Source: Paracoccaceae bacterium (GTDB taxonomy: Bacteria > Pseudomonadota > Alphaproteobacteria > Rhodobacterales > Rhodobacteraceae). Taken from it: a stretch of 64,000 bases of DNA. This document shows positions 26,131-34,423 of this stretch, piece by piece. Every line of letters begins with the position of its first letter. The stretch's first letter is position 1. A program made the translations under genes and the position numbers. Location of the stretch: NCBI GenBank assembly GCA_015487165.1, contig WFQE01000227.1, forward strand, positions 17,966 through 81,965, written 5' to 3'. Below the pieces are notes generated by a model, which did no database searches, was not told the origin of the DNA, and saw only the letters and a program-made list of their open reading frames with translations.

Positions 26131-26493
26131 ATGAAGCGAAACCGCGAACGTGAACTGCTGTTCTCCGTCACCCGCAAGGATTTCGTCATCCAGACGTTCC
26201 GATCCGGCGGGCCGGGCGGGCAGCACCAGAACAAGACCGACTCGGGCGTTCGTATCCGGCATCCGGAATCGGGCGCGGTTGGCGAGGCGCGGGACAACCG
26301 CAGCCAGCATGTCAACAGGCGCATGGCGTTCCGCCGTCTGGTGGACAGCCCCGAGTTCCGAACGTGGCTCCGGCGCAAGGCGGCGGAGGCCATGACAGAC
26401 AAGCGGGCGCTCATGCGCCGTGTCGAGGAACAGATGCGCCCGGAAAACGTGCGGGTCGAAGCAATGCAGAACGGGAGGTGGGTGAAGGAATGA
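26131..26493 (+). CDS. GGQ-motif peptidyl-tRNA hydrolase / release-factor-domain protein (ArfB-like)
   Basis: SGGPGGQHQNKTDSGVRIRH is the class I RF/ArfB GGQ domain signature. Basic helical C-terminal tail. Confidence 0.85.
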   Translation: MKRNRERELLFSVTRKDFVIQTFRSGGPGGQHQNKTDSGVRIRHPESGAVGEARDNRSQHVNRRMAFRRLVDSPEFRTWLRRKAAEAMTDKRALMRRVEEQMRPENVRVEAMQNGRWVKE

Positions 26494-26819
26494 GCACCCT
26501 GACGCAGAGCCAGCGCAAGGCGCTTGAGATCATCAGCCAACACGGCGACGAGATCCGCTGTCCCACCGACTTCGGGTATTTCATGTGGCCCGATGCGGAA
26601 GGCTGGCGAAAGGTCGGCAAGTGCGGCTATGGATCAACCTATGGCGTCGGCATGCGTCTGGCCTCGGGCGGATACCTCGGTCGTTTGCGTAAGGCCGGCC
26701 TGATTGACTGGCAGTATCGCGAACATGAAGGTCGGCAGTTCTTTCTCACGGACGAGGGCAGGAAAGCATTGGATGGCAAAGAGCCGGAGCCGGGAGGTCG
26801 GCAATGCGGGAAATCTTGA
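26490..26819 (+). CDS. hypothetical protein (possible winged-helix)
   Basis: ATGA overlap with the GGQ gene. Internal ATG of track ORF 26364..26819. Confidence 0.55.
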   Translation: MSTLTQSQRKALEIISQHGDEIRCPTDFGYFMWPDAEGWRKVGKCGYGSTYGVGMRLASGGYLGRLRKAGLIDWQYREHEGRQFFLTDEGRKALDGKEPEPGGRQCGKS

Positions 26820-27238
26820 GCAACAGGAGGGTGGCATCCTTGTTTCCGGATACGGCCATCTTCCTTGAAGGCGGAAAATTCCTGCATTCGGATTCCGAGA
26901 TGCTGGCGGACATTCTCGCGGGCCACGGGAAACAGGTCGTGAAATTGTGCGACCTCTACCGGCAGCCGGAGAAGGTGTCTGAGGTCACGCAATACTCCGA
27001 CGCGGCTATTGTCGTCCAGACGACATGGCTCCGGGCGGAGCGGGTGCGACCGATCATCGAGGCGTTCGTTGCAACACAATGGGTCCCGAAGATGGCTGTT
27101 TTCTGGCATGACTGGGAAGGCTTCATGGACTTGGTTCGTCGCTATCCGGATACGAAGGTGTACGAGTTCTGGTGCGTTGGGAAGGAAATCAATGTAGGAG
27201 ACGTGAATGACGAAGTTGATGAACATCGGAGGTGCTGA
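26804..27238 (+). CDS. hypothetical protein
   Basis: ATG lies 6 nt after GGGAGG. Confidence 0.55.
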   Translation: MREILSNRRVASLFPDTAIFLEGGKFLHSDSEMLADILAGHGKQVVKLCDLYRQPEKVSEVTQYSDAAIVVQTTWLRAERVRPIIEAFVATQWVPKMAVFWHDWEGFMDLVRRYPDTKVYEFWCVGKEINVGDVNDEVDEHRRC

Positions 27239-27839
27239 AATGGATGAAATACGTGCTGATCTGAAAAGGAATTGCGATTATACGGTGGCATTCGCCATCT
27301 TTTTCATGCTGCCTGTGATTATGATGATTGCCTATCGGTTTGCTGATTACCATGGATGGCTGCCAAGATATGATGCAATACGTGATTTTGTCAAAACCAG
27401 TTTTACCGAACAGCAACGGGCATCCATGAGCTTGGATGATATTGTCCGAGCCTCAAGGGCGTACCTGAAAAGATCGCCGGAAGCAGAGTTTTACAACAAG
27501 CTAGGGCGGCTGATCTCGCATAATGGAGAGATCAAGTCGAATGTTGATACGCAATATATCGCCCTGCTTACGAAAGCTGGAGCAAAGCTGGCCGTGCCGC
27601 CCCATGTAAGGCCAACTCCCGTGTGGAGACAAGAAAACACTGATGATGGCATTCGGTTTATCCCATATTGGGAACTGGATGCCGACGATGACTTCAATCA
27701 GGGGTTGATTGCCGCTTGGAGGCAGATAACAAAGGACCGCTTTTCGATCTGTGGCGATTGCCGTCTCTATCTGGTTGACGAAAAGCAAGCGATTTCAATC
27801 AAGTCGAGAGACGAATCATCGTCGGGAGATGGCAAGTGA
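27207..27839 (+). CDS. hypothetical membrane-anchored protein in a lower-GC segment
   Basis: ATG lies 6 nt after AGGAG. One TM (VAFAIFFMLPVIMMIAY). Visibly more A+T-rich than its neighbours. Confidence 0.55.
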   Translation: MTKLMNIGGAEMDEIRADLKRNCDYTVAFAIFFMLPVIMMIAYRFADYHGWLPRYDAIRDFVKTSFTEQQRASMSLDDIVRASRAYLKRSPEAEFYNKLGRLISHNGEIKSNVDTQYIALLTKAGAKLAVPPHVRPTPVWRQENTDDGIRFIPYWELDADDDFNQGLIAAWRQITKDRFSICGDCRLYLVDEKQAISIKSRDESSSGDGK

Positions 27840-27932
27840 CCACGCGCGGCGGACGGCAGTATGACCTGATGGCTGCACTGGAATCGCCGGCCTGCGCGTC
27901 GGCGTATGGCTTGTGTGAGTGAAGGCAAGGCA

Positions 27933-28307
27933 ATGGCAATGAATGGAGAAACAACCACCGTGGTCAACCGCCGGCGCGAGGCGTTCGACGTGTATATCGG
28001 GCGCGGCTCGCCGCTGGGCAATCCGTATCGCATCGGCCCGGACGGCGAACGCGACGAGGTGATCCGCAAGTATGCCTACGATTTCCCGTTGCGGTTCCGC
28101 ACCGAGCCGGACTTCCGTGAGGCGGTGCTGTCCTGCGAGGGCAAGCGTCTCGGCTGCTATTGCAAGCCGGAAGCCTGCCATGGCGACGTGATCGCCCGGT
28201 TCCTCGAACTGCGGCGCGAGACGGGCGAGGACGCGGCGTTGGCGGCCATCCGCATGTGGCCGGACTGCGTGGTGGCCATGAACAGTGACATGGAGATCAA
28301 ACGATGA
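27933..28307 (+). CDS. DUF4326 domain protein
   Basis: YIGRGSPLGNPY and LGCYCKPEACHGDVI match the recalled DUF4326 signature. Start ambiguous (27906/27933/27939). Confidence 0.6.
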   Translation: MAMNGETTTVVNRRREAFDVYIGRGSPLGNPYRIGPDGERDEVIRKYAYDFPLRFRTEPDFREAVLSCEGKRLGCYCKPEACHGDVIARFLELRRETGEDAALAAIRMWPDCVVAMNSDMEIKR

Positions 28308-28792
28308 AATCGAACGCCTATCTGGTCGGGAATGAGAATGGGCAATCCTGCCAGTGGGGTGTCGCTGCGATTTCGACAGTTGGAATCTTCGCGATATTTA
28401 TTGTCTGGACGACCCCTGCGGACGGCGGCGCTTCGCTCCTCAAGCAGAACTATTGGTTGTCTCATCTCTTGTTCGGCGGTGTGGGGCCGTTCCTGCTTGG
28501 CCTGGTTGGCCGTCCGACCGCAACCAGGTGTTTCACTGGCTGGTCGCTGCTTCCGTTCCGCCTCGTCTGGAAGCCAGGCTGGAGCATGGGAACGGGCCTG
28601 TTCCTGACGGCGCTCGTTTCGATCTGGAACGAGATCATCTGGGATCCCCGCACGAACCACATTCCCTTCGCCGATGCCTGGCAGGATTTCGCGGCGGACA
28701 TGGCCGGCATGGCGATGTTCCTGTCGTGTTTCGCGGTGGCCGCAGCCTGGCGCCGCACTTCGATTCCGGGCATGGGGGATGCAGCACCATGA
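28304..28792 (+). CDS. membrane protein
   Basis: ATGA overlap, GGAGA SD, four to five hydrophobic helices. Confidence 0.6.
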   Translation: MKSNAYLVGNENGQSCQWGVAAISTVGIFAIFIVWTTPADGGASLLKQNYWLSHLLFGGVGPFLLGLVGRPTATRCFTGWSLLPFRLVWKPGWSMGTGLFLTALVSIWNEIIWDPRTNHIPFADAWQDFAADMAGMAMFLSCFAVAAAWRRTSIPGMGDAAP

Positions 28793-28830
28793 TCCGCAGT
28801 GAAGAAGCGCGGGCAGTGAAGAAGCGAGGG

Positions 28831-28859
28831 TTGATCAGCCTTATTCCATAAGGTATAAT
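28831..28859 (+). promoter_or_regulatory. TTGATC-N17-TATAAT promoter
   Basis: Contains ATAAGGTATAAT, 25 nt upstream of ATG 28885. Confidence 0.65.
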
Positions 28860-28884
28860 CACCCAAACGAAGGAGGTTTGAACA

Positions 28885-29091
28885 ATGGCAGACTGGCGGG
28901 CAGACTTGGATTTCGAGCCCTGTCCCGAATGCAGGGACGAGTTCGAGAAGCTGAAGCAGGAGATCGCGCGACTGCGCCAAGGCATCCGCGACAGCATCGA
29001 AAACCTGGAGCGATCAGAGGCGCCCTTCTACGAGGCCTGCAAGACCATGAAGGCGCTGGCCGAAGGCGGCAGCGAGGAGGAAGGCGAATGA
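28885..29091 (+). CDS. small coiled-coil protein (68 aa) with CPEC motif
   Basis: ATG follows AAGGAGG. Confidence 0.55.
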   Translation: MADWRADLDFEPCPECRDEFEKLKQEIARLRQGIRDSIENLERSEAPFYEACKTMKALAEGGSEEEGE

Positions 29092-29113
29092 ATCTGGCGG
29101 GCGAGGGCAAGTG

Positions 29114-29458
29114 ATGCCTGATATGGGCTCTCGTGAGTCGCTCGGAGCATTGCATCCGATGGTGCGCGGCATGGCTCATGCCATGCAATACAAGCTGGAG
29201 GCAAACGCGAACAAAAAGGGCTGGCCGAAAGGCCCCGACGGGCAGCGTGGATGGCTGCACGGCGGCTGCACAGAAGAATTCTTGATCAAGAAAGCCGCCG
29301 AGGAGTTCCATGAGTTCATGGACGCCCTGCGTGAGATTGAGTTCGCGGCGAACGATAAACGCCGACGGGAGCTAATTGACAAGCTTCGGCTTGAGGGCGC
29401 CGACGTGGCAAATGTCCTCGGCATGATCGTTGACCGGATGGGCGGGTATCGTGCCTGA
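29114..29458 (+). CDS. MazG-like all-alpha NTP pyrophosphohydrolase (tentative)
   Basis: EEFHEFMDAL ... EGADVANVLGMI resembles the EExxE...DxxD metal-binding helices of MazG-type enzymes. ATG 29114 (track start 29111 is GTG). Confidence 0.5.
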   Translation: MPDMGSRESLGALHPMVRGMAHAMQYKLEANANKKGWPKGPDGQRGWLHGGCTEEFLIKKAAEEFHEFMDALREIEFAANDKRRRELIDKLRLEGADVANVLGMIVDRMGGYRA

Positions 29459-29573
29459 ATCGCCAAGGGGAGAATGCGTGATGTCGAACAAAGAACGCGC
29501 CTTCAAGGTTGGAGGTTGGAGATAGGGTGATCTGGGGCTCCAGGTCCGAGGGCGGCGGAAAAAGCCCGGCGCC

Positions 29574-29951
29574 ATGATCCGCAAGTTCGTGTTCAACTAT
29601 TTCGAGGCGTTCACGGCTGTTGTCCTGGCGGCCGCGATCTGGTTGCTCACGAGCCTGTTTTCGGGCGACCACGGATGGCGGGAGGGAGCGACAGGATTGG
29701 CATTGCTTCTCGTTGCGCTTGCGGGTTATGCCGTAGGCTCCAGGATGAAGCAGGGGAAGGGAGGCGTGCCGTCTGTCGTGTGGGACCTGTTAGTGCTCAG
29801 AAGCATGCTGCTGGACGTGGGCGACCGGGTGCTGATGGCCGATGAGGAAACCGAGGATATTGTCGTCGGCAGGGGCGATTCGGCCCCGGATGCCGTCATT
29901 CTTGAGAAGGCAGGAGAGATCCCGGGCATCATTATCAGTCGGATTCTCTAG
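29574..29951 (+). CDS. membrane protein (2 TM)
   Basis: Hydrophobic AVVLAAAIWLLTSLF and LALLLVALAGYAV. Confidence 0.55.
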   Translation: MIRKFVFNYFEAFTAVVLAAAIWLLTSLFSGDHGWREGATGLALLLVALAGYAVGSRMKQGKGGVPSVVWDLLVLRSMLLDVGDRVLMADEETEDIVVGRGDSAPDAVILEKAGEIPGIIISRIL

Positions 29952-29957
29952 CCGGAA

Positions 29958-29999
29958 ACGAAAAACCCGTCCGCACGGGTGCGGACGGGTTCGTTTTTC
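29958..29999. terminator. bidirectional terminator
   Basis: Perfect 12-bp stem AACCCGTCCGCA/TGCGGACGGGTT flanked by an A-run and a T-run, between convergent genes. Confidence 0.8.
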
Positions 30000-30036
30000 C
30001 TTCCCACGTCCACACCGGGCATTCGGGTTTTGGGAA

Positions 30037-30288
30037 TCAGGCGCGCAGGGCCGGCATCTCGGGGTGCCCCATGATGTGGTAGGCCTTGCGTTCCGTCACC
30101 TCGACCTTGTAGCGGTAGCACCGGTGTCCGCGGACCGTGACGAGTCCTTCCGGCACGATCTGCCAGTCCTGATCGGCGGCGACGATCTGGAGGAACTTCT
30201 CCCAGACCTTGAGCGCCTTGCGCCGCTCCGCTTCCGGTTTCTCTGCCCTGATGTGGATTTGGGAAATGACGATTTTCTTTCCTGCCAT
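30037..30288 (-). CDS. small hypothetical protein (83 aa), candidate regulator
   Basis: ATG 30288 follows AGGAGA (internal to track ORF 30037..30339). Confidence 0.55.
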   Translation of the reverse strand: MAGKKIVISQIHIRAEKPEAERRKALKVWEKFLQIVAADQDWQIVPEGLVTVRGHRCYRYKVEVTERKAYHIMGHPEMPALRA

Positions 30289-30295
30289 CGCTTTT

Positions 30296-30355
30296 CTCCT
30301 GTCGCTGGATTTATGGCGCCGGCCTGATGCCAGGGCCATAAGACAGCGACAGGAG
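30296..30355. promoter_or_regulatory. 60-nt nested inverted repeat covering the SD of the minus-strand gene
   Basis: Outer arms CTCCTGTCGCTG/CAGCGACAGGAG (perfect 12 bp) and inner arms TTATGGC/GCCATAA. The AGGAGA SD (30295-30300, reverse complement) lies in one arm. Confidence 0.5.
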
Positions 30356-30555
30356 TGATGACAGGAAGGCGCGGAGCATGGAAAGCCCGCGCGATAATCT
30401 TCAGCCGCTCAACCTGAATTGAAACGGCACAAGAATCAGGTGCGATTATGGTCCTGGGCGATTTTTCTGTCAAGGGCTGCTATGCTTTGCGGCATAATGG
30501 AAGGTGTTTTAGATTTCGTCATTCGGAAATAGAACAACGAGAACGAGGAGGCGTC

Positions 30556-31350
30556 GTGCCAGGAACAGGGGGAGGGCATTCGCCGTATGAGGTTCCGTCG
30601 GATCCGGCCGCACGGCTGTTGATGCCCCCGTCGCGGGAAGACATTCGCCAGTTGTCGGTGATGCTGGCCAGGGAGCAGGACAGGGATCGTGTGCGCCGGG
30701 GGCCTGGCCGGCCAGCAGAGGAGGCCTCGGCGTTGGCCAAGGCGGTGGGGTGTTCATGGAGCACGGCCAAGAGCTGGATTGAGGGCGAGTCGTTTCCGAA
30801 CAGGAAGTCCTACCAGGCGAAGCTGGAGGAGCTGATCGAGGAGCACTTTCCGTCGGCGGAGATTCGGGTGTCGCCGCAGGAGGCGCATTTGCTTCGATTC
30901 TGCGCCAAGCAGTTGCGGGAGAGCGCCGGAGCGGCCGGCGCCTGGGCGGCGGCGAAGCTGGAACACGAGATTCGGAACTGCAATGCGCCGGACATTGCCA
31001 GGCTGGCGGTGATGCTGGCCAAGCGCCGGAGCAAGGACGATGGCCGCATGGGGCCTGCCGCGGCGCTGGCCGAGGCGGTGGGCTGCTCGTGGAATGCGGC
31101 CCGGGCATGGATCGCCGGGCGCTCGGAGCCCAGGCGCGAGGAGTACAAGGCGAATATCGAGGCGTTGCGAAAGGAGTTTGCCGGCCGCATGTCGTTCACG
31201 ATGTCCAGGACGCTGGCCTCGATGCTGCTGGTGGTCTGCGCCGACCTCCGGATCCTGTTCGGTTCGACCGGAGAGGAACTGGCCGAGCGGATGGAGCGGA
31301 TGGTTCTGTCGGTGTATCCGGACATGGAGGGTCAGTTGTTGCGGGAATGA
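30556..31350 (+). CDS. protein with two tandem XRE-like HTH modules
   Basis: GTG 30556 follows GAGGAGG (alternative ATG 30622). Internal repeat LAKAVGCSWSTAKSWIEGESFPNRKSYQAKLEELIEEHF / LAEAVGCSWNAARAWIAGRSEPRREEYKANIEALRKEF. Confidence 0.55.
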   Translation: MPGTGGGHSPYEVPSDPAARLLMPPSREDIRQLSVMLAREQDRDRVRRGPGRPAEEASALAKAVGCSWSTAKSWIEGESFPNRKSYQAKLEELIEEHFPSAEIRVSPQEAHLLRFCAKQLRESAGAAGAWAAAKLEHEIRNCNAPDIARLAVMLAKRRSKDDGRMGPAAALAEAVGCSWNAARAWIAGRSEPRREEYKANIEALRKEFAGRMSFTMSRTLASMLLVVCADLRILFGSTGEELAERMERMVLSVYPDMEGQLLRE

Positions 31351-31405
31351 GGTGGCTGATGGTTGCACGGCCACGACCAGCACCGTCCTGCTTTCTTGGA
31401 ACAAC

Positions 31406-31435
31406 TTGAACGCTTACACCTAATCGTGGTATCAT
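31406..31435 (+). promoter_or_regulatory. TTGAAC-N18-TGgTATCAT promoter
   Basis: Extended -10, 26 nt upstream of ATG 31462. Confidence 0.45.
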
Positions 31436-31461
31436 CGAATATCCTTGCAAGGAGGTGTTCG

Positions 31462-32025
31462 ATGAGGCCGGTTGCCCCGACGAGAAGCCCGCTAGTCATC
31501 AAGCGCGATGGCCGCACGACGACGAGGATGGTTCCGAAACCGCGAATCGTGGTGGACACGCGCGAGCAGCGGCCATACGACTTTTCGCGTTTCGGCAACT
31601 GGCTGGATGGCACGGTGAGCAGGGCCTTGGATACGGGCGACTATGCCATCGAGGGCATGGAAGACGTGGCCCGCATCGAGCGCAAGACGCTCAACGATTT
31701 GGTGCGTTCGCTGATGACAGACCGGCCGCGGTTCCTGCGCGAGATGGAGCGCATGGCCAGCTTCCCTCACAAGATGCTGTGCATCGAGGCCTCGCTGTCC
31801 GAGGTCAAGAGCCCGTATGGTTTCGCGGACGGCGTGAAGGCGCACCCGAACGGGGTTGCCGGCAGCCTGGCGGCGATTTCCGCGCGGCATGGCATCCAGG
31901 TGGTGTTTGCGGACACGCGCGATCTGGCCGAGGAGCTGGTGGCGTCCTGGCTGTCGAAGCTGCACGCCTATGAGTGGTTGGAGCGCGAGGGGCTGGGGCG
32001 CGTGTTGCAGGAGGGCGATCTGTGA
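31462..32025 (+). CDS. ERCC4-type (XPF/Mus81-like) nuclease domain protein
   Basis: ATG follows AAGGAGG. IVVDTREQ, GDYAIEG and IERKTLNDLVRS fit the ERCC4 GDxn-ERKxxxD signature. Confidence 0.75.
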   Translation: MRPVAPTRSPLVIKRDGRTTTRMVPKPRIVVDTREQRPYDFSRFGNWLDGTVSRALDTGDYAIEGMEDVARIERKTLNDLVRSLMTDRPRFLREMERMASFPHKMLCIEASLSEVKSPYGFADGVKAHPNGVAGSLAAISARHGIQVVFADTRDLAEELVASWLSKLHAYEWLEREGLGRVLQEGDL

Positions 32026-32525
32026 GAGGGCGTACTCCGGCGCCGGTTCCATTGGGGCTCACATTGTCCTCGACCGCCATCTGCATCCTGGTGTTGCTGG
32101 TCGCCGCGCTGGCATCCGACATTTCTATCCCCGATTTTTCTGTCGGGCGCAATCTGCGCGTGTTCGAGGCGGTCAACCGCTGGTTTCCCGTGAGCGCCTG
32201 GCTGGCGTTGTCGGCGGCGTTCGGATGGGTGCGCGTTCGCTTGTCCCGTGCCGCCAGGGAACGGCACAAGTCGGCCTGGGAGATTGTCTGGAGCGGGACC
32301 GTCCGGAATGCGGATGCGACATGGATTCTTTGGACCGTGCTGGCCTTCCTGGGCAAGGTTGCCTATGCCTACGCGGTCCTGGACGTGGAAACCACCTGGT
32401 TGTTCAAGGCGTCGGTGGTTTGCTGGGGTGCGGCGTTGTACCTGACGAGCCACGTTGCGGCGTGGGTGTTCATTTTGAACGGCCGCATTCCCAAGGCCAA
32501 CAGGGCCATTGAGGTGAGAGCATGA
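32022..32525 (+). CDS. membrane protein (4 TM)
   Basis: GTG 32022 in a GTGA overlap with the previous stop, GGAGGG SD. Hydrophobic helices throughout. Confidence 0.55.
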   Translation: MRGRTPAPVPLGLTLSSTAICILVLLVAALASDISIPDFSVGRNLRVFEAVNRWFPVSAWLALSAAFGWVRVRLSRAARERHKSAWEIVWSGTVRNADATWILWTVLAFLGKVAYAYAVLDVETTWLFKASVVCWGAALYLTSHVAAWVFILNGRIPKANRAIEVRA

Positions 32526-33280
32526 GGATGAAGTTGTTCGTGATTGCCAGCGCGTTGCTGGCGCAGTTTCCCGCGGCCGCCATGGCCGTTCCGTCTTCCG
32601 TGATCGCGGGAGCGACCGCGGCGATTGTCGCCACAAGCCATCACGCGCCGAAGGGGCTGCGTGCGCGCTTCTTCAGCCGCCAGGCCTGCGACCAGGTGGT
32701 GGACAAGCGTTACTTCCACATCTGCTACGACTACCGCGCCAAGGGCGCCAGGTATGTCGGCTATGTGCTGGACGGCAGCAAGGTGGATGCGGTGAACATC
32801 AAGAAGCGTCCGCGGTTCTATCCCGAGATGGCCATTCCCGCGCGTTACCGCACCTATCCGTCGGACTACACGCACAACGAGTTCCATGCCGACCGCGGGC
32901 ACCTGGCCCCGGATGCGAGCTTCGACTGGTCGAGAGCCAGCCTGCGGGAAACCTACTCGATGGCGAATGTCATCCCTCAATACTTCCGCATCAACCGCAA
33001 GACATGGATCAAGGCCGAGAAGTATGAGCGCCTGGTGGCCCGGCGTCTGGGTCATGCCGTGGTGCTCAATGGCGTCGAGTACGGCGATTACAGCCACAGG
33101 CTTCGCAAGAGCGGCATTGCCATTCCGGTGGCCTTCTGGAAGGCCATCTGGAACCGGGAGCGGGGTTTCCGGCGCTGTTTCTATTACCGAAACCGGCCGA
33201 TTACTGCGCGCGAGGCGGAGCGCGACCGGCTTCGGGATCACGAGGTGGTTTGCGACAGGCTGCTCGGCAGGCTCCGATGA
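32522..33280 (+). CDS. secreted DNA/RNA non-specific endonuclease (NucA/Serratia nuclease family)
   Basis: ATGA overlap. Signal peptide MRMKLFVIASALLAQFPAAAMA. Catalytic ADRGHLAP and SMANVIPQ motifs. Confidence 0.8.
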   Translation: MRMKLFVIASALLAQFPAAAMAVPSSVIAGATAAIVATSHHAPKGLRARFFSRQACDQVVDKRYFHICYDYRAKGARYVGYVLDGSKVDAVNIKKRPRFYPEMAIPARYRTYPSDYTHNEFHADRGHLAPDASFDWSRASLRETYSMANVIPQYFRINRKTWIKAEKYERLVARRLGHAVVLNGVEYGDYSHRLRKSGIAIPVAFWKAIWNRERGFRRCFYYRNRPITAREAERDRLRDHEVVCDRLLGRLR

Positions 33281-34386
33281 GCGCCAACTGGCGCAAGACC
33301 AACATCCACCCCTTGAGGGCCTTGCGAACGACGGCGGAAATGTTCGGCGTCTCGGAGGACATCGTGTTCTGGCCGTATCCGGGAAGGGACGAGGCCTACA
33401 GGCGCATCAGGGAGCAGATGCCGACGCCGGAGTTCCTCGCCGAGCGGGAGATGCTTCCGAGACTCGGATTCCGGATGTCCCAGGACGACATGATCGTTCC
33501 GGCAATGCAGGCGATCTTCGATGCGTTCGGCCGCCGGATATTCTACGAAGACGCCGATTTGCACGAGCGCCTAGTTCAAACCGACCTGAAGGACGTGCCG
33601 ACCACGATGCTCGCGCTGCCGTACCCGGCGATCTATGTCGCGTTCGGGCAGCAGGGCAGGTGGAAATTGTTCGATGCCGAGACGGGGGAACACCCGGTGG
33701 ATGGCGCGTATCTCTATTTCCGGCCCGTGTCGGAGGGTGGTATCAAGACCCACCCCCTGTTCGTGCCGCTGTTCGAGGGGGCGGCGCACACGATTACCAT
33801 CAGCATCACGGCGTTGCCGAACGAGAACAGCTCGAATCTGCTGGACGATGCGAACCAGTGGGTATCATTGCCGATCCGCGAGGACGCGATGGTGGCCGAG
33901 GTGGTGGAGGAGAGCTATCGGATTGGCGAGGAGTTCCGCAAGCAGATCGGCGACCGGATCAGCCAGGTGCACATCCGCCAGAATGCCAGGACGGTGCGCG
34001 ATATAACGCTGCACCTGGCCAAGTTCATCCTGTACATGAACATCCCCGATGTTCGGAACAGGATGGTTCGTCTCGATGAGCGCGACCGCCATTTGGCCGA
34101 GGCGGAAAGGCGGAAGGGCAAGAAGGCCGAGAAGGCCAGACGCAAGGCGGCGCGCAGTTTCAACGTGGTTCGGATTATCGGCCCTGAGCCGGTTGGCGGT
34201 TCAGGGGTTGCGAGCGGCTCTGGCCGAACGGTCCGTCCGCACTGGCGGCGCGGGCATTTCCGGATGCAGCCCTATGGCCCGGGCCTGAACAAGCGCAAGT
34301 TGGTGTGGATCGAGCCGGTGCTGGTCAACCGGGACGATCTGGGCGCGGCTTCCGAGCCCGGCGGGGAGAGGTATCGAGTGCGCTGA
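33277..34386 (+). CDS. hypothetical protein (369 aa) with basic C-terminal RPHWRRGHFRMQPYGPG motif
   Basis: ATGA overlap with the nuclease gene. No domain recognised. Confidence 0.6.
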   Translation: MSANWRKTNIHPLRALRTTAEMFGVSEDIVFWPYPGRDEAYRRIREQMPTPEFLAEREMLPRLGFRMSQDDMIVPAMQAIFDAFGRRIFYEDADLHERLVQTDLKDVPTTMLALPYPAIYVAFGQQGRWKLFDAETGEHPVDGAYLYFRPVSEGGIKTHPLFVPLFEGAAHTITISITALPNENSSNLLDDANQWVSLPIREDAMVAEVVEESYRIGEEFRKQIGDRISQVHIRQNARTVRDITLHLAKFILYMNIPDVRNRMVRLDERDRHLAEAERRKGKKAEKARRKAARSFNVVRIIGPEPVGGSGVASGSGRTVRPHWRRGHFRMQPYGPGLNKRKLVWIEPVLVNRDDLGAASEPGGERYRVR

Positions 34387-34423
34387 ATACGGCAGGGATG
34401 AGGCGCGTGGCTGGATTCCGGCG

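Noticed and set aside
29481-29525. 14-codon ORF (MSNKERAFKVGGWR) with an SD in the intergenic region
   Set aside because: It is too short and isolated to support, and it is not coupled to the downstream gene. It may still be a leader peptide.
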